Source: Podarcis cretensis (taxonomy: Eukaryota). From it: a stretch of DNA of 64,000 nucleotides. Positions 1 through 10,230 of the stretch are shown here, piece after piece. The notes beneath the pieces are model-generated. The model ran no database searches. It was not told the DNA's origin and worked only from the letters and a program-made list of their open reading frames with translations. The position numbers were made by a program, and so were the translations under genes. The stretch's first letter is position 1. Each line of letters starts with the position of its first letter. The stretch lies in contig OX638152.1 of the NCBI GenBank assembly GCA_951804945.1, positions 43,276,001-43,340,000 of the forward strand, in the 5' to 3' direction.

Positions 1-2018
1 ACATTAATTTGCATAACCATAAATTATTATTTTTCAAATGGCATTGTCAAGGGTACACGCTGCTTTAAAAAGAATAAACACTGATAAATTAATGGGACAG
101 AGTTACAGGAAATGAAATAAAATTTACTGATATCTGTCAGACGCATCAACTCTGTATGGAACCTGATTGACTGCCAAACTAATCAAATGATCCTAATGGC
201 CTCACAGTTAGGAGATGTTTATCTCAATATGATTTGCCATCATTTGGATAAATTAATACTATATTTCTTCCTTCCCAGCTGGAGTCACATGTTAGCAGAG
301 AATATAGGCAATGAAATTCTAATAAAGTGGCCCACAGTTTCAACAGATGTTGACAAAGAGAACAAATGCAACCTAACAAGGTTATGCTATAATGAGTTGT
401 GCAAAATTAGGCGTCGCCTTTATATCTATTTGGAGGTGAAAAAGTGACCCTCCTTGATAACATTACAAAACTTAACTGCAGCCCCAACAAAGTTACAGAA
501 ACTGTTCCAGTATTGAAGTAATCTGTAAATTATATATTTAGTAGAGCTTCTTTTTTGGACAGATATGTTGCCTTAGTGACATTCCACTCACCCCTTCATA
601 TTACCAATGACAGTCCACACCTTCAGTTTCTGTTATATGGCTCGACATGAACACAGCTTTCAACTGAGTGGCTTTAGCTTTGACAGCTTTCTGGTTTTGA
701 TCCCTTTTTATCGCATCCTGTCTGTTTGACACTAATGAGCACTAAGATGAAAGTGAAATTCAGATTACACTACAAATAAACAATGCATTAAAAGGATGTG
801 AGTGCTGCAGATTCATAGTGCTGCTACCCATGTATCTATTTTCACCCCTCGCTTGCCAGCAACGGGCTCACTCTTGCTGTCAAGTGCCTTAAGTTCATGT
901 AAAGGTGATCAATGATAAGCACAAGTGGGTGTATTATTATTATTCCCAAGTTGATCCAGATGAGAAGTGGATTTATGAAACCTTTTAATGTGCGTGCATT
1001 CAGGTTCCAAGATAATTGGGACGCTGTTCAATGGTACACCTCCATTAACAGCATGGAATGCTTAAGCAAGAGGCTGCTTTTAAGATGATTGCTTTTGAGA
1101 AGGGAATGAATAACTACTTTTAGCACTATGGCCATTTGTTGTGGTACAAATTACAGGCCAAGCACAACTTCACACAAACACAAGATCACAAAATAATCCA
1201 TGTTCCCTGTGAAATGAGGAGGGGATTGAAGGCAGCCACAGCGGCAAGGGGTCTGGCAAATGGGACTGGCTTACAAATCAAGTTAGAGGTAATTTGGTCT
1301 TGTAAAGGCTTTATTTGCTTTAACAATTAGATGTCAAAATAAAATTAACCTTGACTTTTAATGGCAAATGAGATTACTTCAGAGCTCCAAAGACTCCATC
1401 AACATCCTGGAGAAGCCATATGGCAAGTATGTTAGACTATAAAGGACACTTTTTTTGGAAGTGCAAGTACAAAGGCGACACTTCGTGCTGGCCTTAGCCT
1501 CTGTAACTCTCTGCTTGGCGTCATGCCATTATTCACTCTAATGAGATAGTGTAATAACACCCATTACTGGATATGTATGCAATATAGAGATTGCAGAACA
1601 TGGAGGATGCACTGCTTCTGTAAGAAACTGTGCTGCTACAGTGATGCAAACAAGGAAAAGGAAGGAGGTGAATGGTTCTATATTGATTTTGTTGGGACTG
1701 TAACATTGCCTGGCATGCTGCAAGAAGCTCTTGGCAATGGTTTCTCAATACGATGTTTAAGAAAGCCCTTTCTAATTAATATGTAATCAGCCACCTCACC
1801 TTTATATATAGTGTTGTACATACCCCAATCTTCAAGAAGTGGGAGACCCCAGGGGTGTCTGTGCTTACACAGAGTTGGATTTCCTTGAAACAAAGATCAA
1901 CAGACACTGTGGTGCCTTTAGGATATATAGTGTTATATACAACCTGGAAGAGCTCAAAGAATTAACACCCCAACAGAACTTGCTTCCTTATTAGGTTTCC
2001 AGGGAAGATCCCCTAAGA

Positions 2019-2235
2019 TGTCGGTGACATCAGGGGTGAGCCTATAGTTGGATCAGCATCAACAGGTGATGAACCCCTGGTGAATAAACCCACTTGTTTC
2101 GCGATCCAATGCCTAAGCCAATACCTTTTCATTGCTGTAATCAATAAAGTTGTGGCCTTTTCTAGCCCATTAACCTTATATCACGTGTCCCTGTGTCTTC
2201 ATTTTACTCCGCGGGGGTCGGGTCCTCGAACCACA
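2019..2235 (+). mobile_element. Short LTR-like fragment (TG...CA) flanked by a long direct repeat
   Basis: Starts TG and ends CA. Contains AATAAAGTTGTGGCC, a motif also present in the LTRs at 16834-17655 (minus) and, with one mismatch, near 35771. Flanked by identical 96-bp copies at 1925-2020 and 2236-2331. Confidence 0.55.
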
Positions 2236-2331
2236 ATATAGTGTTATATACAACCTGGAAGAGCTCAAAGAATTAACACCCCAACAGAACTTGCTTCCTT
2301 ATTAGGTTTCCAGGGAAGATCCCCTAAGATG

Positions 2332-2650
2332 GAAAGATGATAAAGTCCCTACCAGAGAAGAATGGCAGATCAAGTTGATGGATTGTGCTGAAATGGCTAA
2401 AATGACTGGAAGAATCAGAAATCAGGAAGACCAAAATTTTAATATGGAATTGGGAAAATTTATAACTTATCTTAAAAACCATTGTAAACAGTTAAAATTG
2501 TTAGTAGGATTGGAATAACACTTGTAGTTTAATGTTGAATTTTGGATACAATGGAGAGGTAAAAGATTTGGATTATTATAAAAGATGCAGGAGGAAATGA
2601 TCAACAATAGGACCCACAAAGAGGAGGAGGAATATATATATTCCAGGGAA
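2332..2650 (+). mobile_element. L1 LINE 3' fragment (ORF2 C-terminus and 3'UTR)
   Basis: Translates KDDKVPTREEWQIKLMDCAEMAKMTGRIRNQ, homologous to QDLPTLEEWQMKVMDYMELVEMTGRIRD of the L1 at 30918-31133. Confidence 0.8.
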
Positions 2651-2961
2651 GTTCGCCACCCCACCCCAAAGCTATAGTTTTGGTTAGCCCACATAGAAAA
2701 ATCAAGCTTCTCTGCCCAACTTCCAACCCAACTAAATCTCACACATTCTTTCTCATACAAACAGTTTATTTTTATTTTTCTCCTTCCGAGGAGGATTTGG
2801 CATCCAGCCAAGTGAGATAGGGAGAGACCCACCCTCTCTTCATTGGGAAGATTAGAACTGGAAATAAACAAGGATTTTACTGTGATGCTATGGAAAGAAT
2901 TATAGTAGAATACCTCCCATTCCAGTCAAATATATATATTTACCCTATTCTATACTATCTA

Positions 2962-3219
2962 CAGTGGTACCTCGGGTTAAGTACTTAATTCATTCCGGAC
3001 GTCCATTCTTAACCTGAAACTGTTCTTAACCTGAAGCACCACTTTAGCTAATGGGGCCTTCTGCTGCTGCCGCGCCGCCGGACCACGATTTCTGTTCTCA
3101 TCCTGAAGCAAAGTTCTGAACCCGAGGTACTATTTCTGGGTTAGTGGAGTCTGTAACCTGAAGCATATGTAACCTGAAGCGTATGTAACCTGAAGCATAT
3201 GTAACCCGAGGTACCACTG
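2962..3219 (+). mobile_element. Tc1/mariner (Tigger-like) MITE
   Basis: TIRs CAGTGGTACCTCGGGTTA / TAACCCGAGGTACCACTG, TA target duplication on both sides, three internal 17-bp TGTAACCTGAAGCRTA repeats. Confidence 0.9.
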
Positions 3220-3884
3220 TATACCCTTTCCTTCTCATGGGTATCTTATCATGAACCACTTGAAACTGGACACGTCCCCTCAATATCCCATGTTCCAATT
3301 GTAGTGAGATTTTTAAAAAGAAGATACACATCCGATTGTCAGATCTGAAGTGCTTCCAGAAGGAAATAAATGGATCAGGGAGAAGCCTTCTTTAAAATTA
3401 CTCTCTATATCCTTTTGTAAACTCCATTTTAAAGGGGTTTTCTGGCTTGCCTACACCAGGGCTCAAACTATATTAGAGTTATATTAGTTTTGACCTAAAA
3501 TAAGCCTTCTATGGGAGCAGAATAACTTGCTGAAGATTTGGCTGGAAAGTGGATGCCAGAGATACAATCAAATCTATCACACTTGTGGGTAAGCAGGCAC
3601 AACAAATAGTTTTAAGAATCTCGCACTAGTTGTGCAGAGCACAGAAGTGCTGGCTAGCATTTCACACAGCACATAAATGATGGGATTCACTACTACAAGA
3701 CGTAGTAACAGCCAGCAACTTGGTTGGCTTTAGAAAGGTGTTAATGGAGGACAATGGCTTTCAATGGCTGCAGTATTGGAGACAGTATGACTCTGAGCAC
3801 CAGAGGCTGGGTGTCACGAGCGGGAAGAACACTGTTGTGCTCATGTCCTGCTTGTGGGCCTCCCATAAGCATCAAGTTGACCAA

Positions 3885-4066
3885 CAAAACATTGGGAAGA
3901 ACTTTCTGGCATTAGCTGCTGTTCAACTGTGGAACAGACTCCCTCAGAAGGTGGTGGAATCTCCTTCATTGGTGGTTTTTAAGCAGAGGTTGGATGACCA
4001 TCTTCAGGTATGCTTTAGTTGAGATTCCTGCATTGGATTACCCTTGGGTGTCCCTTCCAATTTACA
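3885..4066 (+). mobile_element. CR1 LINE 3' fragment
   Basis: Encodes NIGKNFL...QLWNRLPQKVVESPSLVVFKQRLDDHL, a typical CR1 ORF2 C-terminus, followed by a CR1 3'UTR (gtcccttccaa). Confidence 0.8.
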
Positions 4067-6367
4067 TAAGCCTAGGACTAGATGTGCCTTTGGACTAATC
4101 TAGTAATGCTAAATTTTTTAATAGTTCACACTAAAAAAGCACCATACAAAAGCCTCCTTAACAATAAAGTAAATAGAGCTTCTCCACAAGAATATCAAGG
4201 GGTTTTGTCAAAAGCTTTACCAAAATCAAGATATATTACATCCACACTATACCCCTAATCCACCAAACTTGAAACTCTATCAAAAAAAGAAATGATATTC
4301 ATTTGGCACTACTTGTTTTTGAGAAACCCATGCTGCATCTTCGTATACACAGTATCCTTTTCTAAATGCTCACAGTCTGATTATTCAGTTATCTGTTCTA
4401 GGACCTCTCCTGGTATCAACGTCAAGCTGACCACTTGGTTACCTGAGTAGTTTTCTCCCTTTTTGAAGATGGTGAAGACAACATCTGCCTGTCTCTAATC
4501 TGCTTCTAAGTCACCTCCCATTGGAATCTGCAATGAGCTGATAGCTCAATTGGCTATAATGCCTAAAAGAGTGGGTTGTGAACATAATAAAATGCAACAG
4601 CCAAAAGTTATTTCCCTTTCATTTTCAGTCATTCTGTATTACCACCACTCAGCCTTGAGGAGTGCCAGGTTCATAATTACATTTCTCTGAAAACCACCAG
4701 CAACACTGGCATGTATCTCTGGTGCCTATGAAAAGGAAGGTGCAGTAAGTAGAGAAGTTTAGAGAAAATTAAGAGCTTGGGCCAAACTGTCTTCTGGCTC
4801 AGATGCAATCCAAATAGCTTCTCTTTGCTTGCACCACTTCTTAGCTTGGGCCATTTTGCCTGCAATTTGATTTATGAAAAGGCAGCCTGAGAGCACAACT
4901 TATTTGAAATTCAAATTTCATCAATTCATTCTTGCTTGATTTGAATGGGCAACATGGTAAGAAGCCTGTTCTGCCCACACAACTCCGTGCACTGCAGGAT
5001 AATCCTTTTCAGTGGCTGCCTTTCCCCACTCAGATGTCTATTTAGGATGTGATTGGTTTCAATTTCTGTGGGGGCCAATTTTTTCATAGGTTCAGTCACA
5101 CACAAGCACATGCTAACAAGCACAAGCTAACATCAATTTCCAGTATCTGTGGCAAGACTAAGATGCGGTTCTGCCCAACATCTTGAAGAAAGATGAACGG
5201 GGCGGGGGAAGTTCCCAGGAATAATTCTCTTAGGAATTACAGGATCAGTGATCTTGTTGTCCTCTTGTACATCCCATTATCTTGAGTGTTTCCTTGGATG
5301 AGTGGTCCTGTTCCCTCAAGAGTCCCCCTTCAAGGGTTTTCCCCATACCCTTATCAGCAGGAGTTCTGTCTCCATCCAAGGCTTCCCAAGGCTGAACCCA
5401 GGAAACTTGGCAACTTGGACCTGTTTGGAAATAGCTTAAGATGTTTCCCTGTTCTGGGGGAGATAGTCAGACTTACTTTAGGATGCCACATTGATGTCTT
5501 CTTTAAAGTCCTCATCCTTCCTGAGGCCAGCCTGCTTATGTTGGCAATCTACCCAGAAGCTATCTTAGAAAAGTGACATTGGAGGTTTCCTGTCCTCCCT
5601 AACTTTCCCAGCTTCAGCCTTCCATGGTATCAGCTCCACTGCTGCTTCAGACACTTCTCTACCTGAACTGCACACGCCAGCCACAAAGACCTTCTGACTG
5701 AAGACAACACTGTGACTGCCCTCTTACATAATTTCAGCTGGGACCCTCTGACCAATAGTTTTTGGTTACTGCAGTATCTGCCATCCCATTGGCCAATAAC
5801 TAGGAGCCAATGAGATACAACAGAATGCTCATTACCTGGGTCTCTCAAACCATGACCTTTTGAATCTTTCTGTCTAAAATAAAAGCTGATAGGAGACGTA
5901 TAGCAGCTTCTTTGTAACTGGCAACTGACAGTTAACAGGCTGCAACCAAAGTCATATGCTTAGTTACTTTTTTTTCACCTCTTTTCCACTTATAAAGGAC
6001 ACAGCATTAATAACCATTCTTAATTCTAATACACACACACATATTTTTACCTCAGGCTTCTAGATTCTCCACAGCCACTGAGGAATGATGCTATTGAATA
6101 GCTTCGTATAAATATATAGTACATAAATAAAGAAATAATAAAATACCAAGAGCTAGAGATAGGTAGAATCCCCTGAAAATTCTTTGGTGGTCTTCTCAAA
6201 TAAAATGTTTGCTGCTTTTGAAATTCCCAGTATGCTTTTCCTGAGCAGAAACTTTGCAAGCCGTCTTGAAGAGTCACTTAAGCTAAAAATTGGTGCCAGG
6301 TCTATGGCCTGCTGGGTGGTGAATTTCTACAGCAGCTCTTCACATCTACTGCTGGTAAGAGGATAAA

Positions 6368-6733
6368 GGTAAAAGGTAAAGGTACCCCTGCCCGTACGGG
6401 CCAGTCTTGACAGACTCTGGGGTTGGTGCGCCCATCTCACTCAAGAGGCCGGGGGCCAGCGCTGTCCGGAGACACTTCCGGGTCACGTGGCCAGCGTGAC
6501 AAAGCTGCATCTGGCGAGCCAGCGCAGCACACGGAAACGCCGTTTACCTTCCCGCCAGTAAGCGGTCCCTATTTATCTACTTGCACCCGGGGGTGCTTTC
6601 GAACTGCTAGGTTGGCAGGTGCTGGGACCGAGCAGCGGGAGCGCACCCCGCCGCGGGGATTCGAACCGCCGACCTTCCGATCGGCAAGCCCTAGGCGCTG
6701 AGGCTTTTACCCACAGCGCCACCCGCGTCCCTG
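6368..6733 (-). mobile_element. Sauria SINE, full length and young
   Basis: tRNA-derived head on the minus strand (GGGACGCGGGTGGCGCTGTGG, B-box GGTTCGAATCC), (ACCTTT)n tail, 15-bp TSD TGGTAAGAGGATAAA at 6353-6367 and 6734-6748. CpGs intact. Confidence 0.92.
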
Positions 6734-6920
6734 TGGTAAGAGGATAAATGGACATAAATCTGACATCAGGAACTACAAGACAGAGAAACCAGTAGGAGAA
6801 CACTTCTATCTCCCAGGACATTCGATACAAGATCTCAAAGTAGCCGTCTTATTACAAAAGAATTTCAGAAATAGACTGGAAAGAGAAGTTGCTGAATTGT
6901 AACTTATTACCAAACATAAA

Positions 6921-7278
6921 CAAGATGTGGGTGGCGCTGTGGGTTAAACCACAGAGCCTAGGGCTTGGCGATCAGAAGGTTGGCGGTTCAAATCCCCATG
7001 ACAGGGTGAGCTCCTGTTGCTCGGTCCCTGCTCCTGCCAACCTAGCAGTTCGGGAGCACATCAAAGTGCAAGTAGATAAATAGGTACTGCTCCGGCAGGA
7101 AGGTAAACACCGTTTCCGTGCACTGCTCTGGTTTGCCAGAAGTGGCTTAGTCATGCTGGCCACATGACCCGGAAGCTGTACGCCGGTTCTCTCGGCTAGT
7201 AAAATGAGATGAGCACCGCAACATCAGAGTCATCCACGACTGGACCTAAAGGTCAGGGGTTCCTTTAGCTTTAGCTTT
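6921..7278 (+). mobile_element. Sauria SINE (second subfamily)
   Basis: A-box GGTGGCGCTGTGG, B-box-like GGTTCAAATCC, (CTTTAG)n tail, ~14-bp TSD TTACCAAACWTAAA at 6907-6920 and 7277-7290. Confidence 0.9.
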
Positions 7279-7527
7279 ACCAAACTTAAAACCATGGAGA
7301 GACCTGGTCTGAACAGAGACATTGGATTCTTATCTCATTATACATGATAAAGCTATTTTTAGCCATCTCACCCCTTGCTTTTTCCTGTAAGACCAATTGC
7401 AATCGTTAACAGTCATCAACAGGTTTACCACACCTATCAGCCAATCACCCATTCCCACTACCTTTCTGAGTAATACCCCTCCCCACCCTCTCACTATATA
7501 TAAGGGTCTGGTGACTTCTGTTTCAGT

Positions 7528-7565
7528 GTATCTGAAGAAGTGTGCATGCACATGAAAGCTCAAAG
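7528..7565 (+). ncRNA. Minimal type I hammerhead ribozyme motif of the Penelope element (partly degenerate)
   Basis: CTGAAGA (7532-7538), stem II GTGTGC-AT-GCACAT, GAAA (7554-7557), palindromic AGCT helix III, then UC. The 3' arm of stem I (expected ATAC to pair with GTAT) reads AAAG. Confidence 0.65.
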
Positions 7566-7937
7566 CAATAACAAACTTAGTTGGTCTCTAAGGTGCTACT
7601 GGAAGGATTTTAAATTTTTTTTTGCTGGTAAGAGGGTTAGATTAATTCCTCCACCTGGGGCTCAGATAAAGAACTGCAGATGCTCCTGAGAAATTATGCT
7701 AGTCTTACTGATAGTCTCTCTTTTGCTCACCTTGAAATCTTTCAGGTATAATAAGCAGGAAGGGGCAATAAATGTTGATTTAAGAGAAATTCAGTAAGAA
7801 GAATTAATTAAGCTGCTTTGCAAGTGCATAAAGAGCTACAAAACAATAAAGCAGGGAATGCCTCTAAATTTTGGCTTTAGAAATAGTCCTTAGAGAAGAA
7901 TGATATTCACACCATGAGTCATAATCAATAGCTGTAT

Positions 7938-8404
7938 TGTTGTGAGTCTGGAAGGGGTGGGGGTTAAGATGTATGCCTGCGTCTCTTTTAATTCCTAAAT
8001 CTAGCAAAGATTCAGTTGTTGGAATAGTCAGCTGCTTGGTAATGGCTGTCTAAACATGGGTTGTTAAGGTAACAAAGGAAGTGGCTCTGTGCCAGAAATC
8101 AAATAGATGTCTCTCCCCCCCCCCTCAATTAGTGGTTAGTTAGAAGTACAAAATCCAGAGTTGAGGTGTGCATGTGAACTAGAGGCTAGAAGCAGGTTGG
8201 GCAGCTGAGAGACAGGGCCATGCCCAATTTATGCTGTGAATCCCTTCATTGTAGGCTCAGGTTGTATATATGTGTAAATAGACCATATATCATAAAAACA
8301 CCACAGTCTCTCCTATCCCTCATTCCAAGGAAACTGAACCCTGGGTAAGTGCCTTGGAACCACTGGAATCTTGCACCACTCAGAGACTGAGGGGTTAAAT
8401 AACA
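7938..8404 (+). mobile_element. Old LTR-like element
   Basis: TGTTG...AACA termini. The 3' part (8283-8404) resembles the reverse complement of 1812-1930, so it is a dispersed family. No clean TSD. Confidence 0.45.
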
Positions 8405-9532
8405 TAATCATAATTTTCTTTCCCTCTGACCTTACCCCAGCTATGTATACATACCTGTAACATTTCACAAATCTGATGAAGCGGGCTGTAATCCATGAAT
8501 GTTTGTGTTAGAATTTTGTTAGCAAAGTCACTTAAATTATACAGAGTTTAGAGAGAAAGGAAATCCTGATGGTATTTTCCTGAGCCAAACAGAACAAAAA
8601 ACAGTGAGGTCTTGTTTTTCTGACTTCAGGCCCTGTACATACCAGGAAGACATTCAACTGAACATAGAGAGGAAAGCTCCCTACAAACTACACAGCCAAT
8701 CAGGACTCAACCAACATCATACCACTCTGCTTGCTTGGTAAGCAGAATATTCCTCTTGGATAGTTGATTTTAACACGGAAATGTTACTTGTACACAGAAT
8801 GATCTCTGCTTTTACACTTCCAGCATCTTTAAAGGTGCCACAAGAGTCTTTGTAGCTTTTGCTGCAACAGATTGGCATGACTACCTTTCTTAAAGTTCGT
8901 GCACAATGCTTTTTGATAAAAAAGTAGATAAATTGCTATGCTTGCCAAGATGTATTAAGGATGAAATAATACAGGGCTTTCTTGGGAAGCGTGTGTGTCT
9001 TCTTGGGGGGAGGGCTGTTACAATTTAACCCATAGCCAATGTGGTGCCCTCCAGATATAGTTGGACTACAACTCCCAGTAGCCTTAGTCAATATGGCCAG
9101 TGGTCAGGGATAATGAGAGGCACTGGCTACTGTGGCTAAACCAGTTTCATAGGGTAAAGGGGTAAAGTAGGAAGAAAGTGAAGTGTTATCAGTGCCTTTG
9201 CCAAGAGCTGTTTTGTTATGGAACGTTGAAAGACGGAACACTGTGTGTGTGACTGCATGCTAGCATAATGTTAGCACTTACAAAGCACTGTGAACTTTTT
9301 CACGTTACCCAGTAAAACACCGTGCTCACAATGCTAAATTGGTAATTTCTGGTTGGTTGACTTTATAGCAAACCACTCTAAACTCATGAAAAAAGGCAGA
9401 GTTTATGGGCAAGGTATTTCTGCTCTAAATATTTGCTGGAATAGAGCCTGTTACAAAGGGCAGTAAAAAGGAAATTGGTTGGAATAAAACACTGGATCGG
9501 CCATAGTGTAAACTGTAAACCGGGGGGGGGGG

Positions 9533-9573
<41 letters not shown>

Positions 9574-9806
9574 TTCATCTAGCTTTGTACTGAAAATGCT
9601 AAAGTCTGTGGAATATCATGAATAGCAAATGCTGCCATCTCGTGTTCGCTGATGGCAGCAAAAGTCAAGAGTTAACCTTTGTTTTGATAACCGAGTACAT
9701 ACTGCAGTTCCTCTCACCAATGCAAGATTGTCTATGAAATGTAATAACTACCAAGCACACAGGTGCAAATATTTGAAAGAAAGTGCACCTCACCATCTGC
9801 AAGTTA

Positions 9807-10040
9807 CAGTGATACCTCAGGTTACAGACGCTTCAGGTTACAGACGTTTCAGGTTACAGACTCCGCTAACCCCGAAATAGTACCTCGGGTTAAGAACTTT
9901 GCTTCAGGATGAGAACAGAAAACGTGCGGCAGCAGCAGTGGGAGGCCCCATAAGCTAAAGTGGTACCTCAGGTTAAGAACAGTTTCAGGTTAAGAACGAA
10001 CCTCCAGAATGAATTAAGTTCTTAACCCGAGGTTCCACTG
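9807..10040 (-). mobile_element. Tc1/mariner MITE, same family as 2962-3219
   Basis: TA-CAGTGATACCTC...GAGGTTCCACTG-TA; reverse complement of the 2962 element. Confidence 0.9.
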
Positions 10041-10095
10041 TAATTGCTTTGGATTCAGGGAATGTTTCAAATGATGAACCAATGCTGGACTAGAT

Positions 10096-10230
10096 TAAGG
10101 TTACCAGACGTCCCCGTTTCCTGGGGACAGTCCCCAGATTTACAAATCAGTCCTCTGACAAAATCCTATCATTCTGACTCATTTCAATGAAGTATTCCCG
10201 GATTCATTGAAAAAAAAGCTGGTAACTTTA
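10096..10230. mobile_element. hAT (Blackjack-like) non-autonomous element
   Basis: TIR TAAGGTTACCAG / CTGGTAACTTTA (11 of 12 match), 8-bp TSD GACTAGAT at 10088-10095 and 10231-10238. Confidence 0.85.

Larger units (their letters stand above)
6363..7622 (+). mobile_element. 5'-truncated Penelope-like element (GIY-YIG C-terminus and 3' terminal region), interrupted by two SINEs
   Basis: 6741-6920 reads RINGHKSDIRNYKTEKPVGEHFYLPGHSIQDLKVAVLLQKNFRNRLEREVAEL*LITK and resumes at 7291 as TMERPGLNRDIGFLSHYT*. Hammerhead core at 7532-7561. 13-bp direct repeat TGCTGGTAAGAGG at 6350-6362 and 7623-7635. Confidence 0.85.

Noticed and set aside
3152-3210. Short regularly spaced repeats as a CRISPR-like array
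   Set aside because: Eukaryotic DNA; these are spacer-less subterminal repeats of a mariner MITE.
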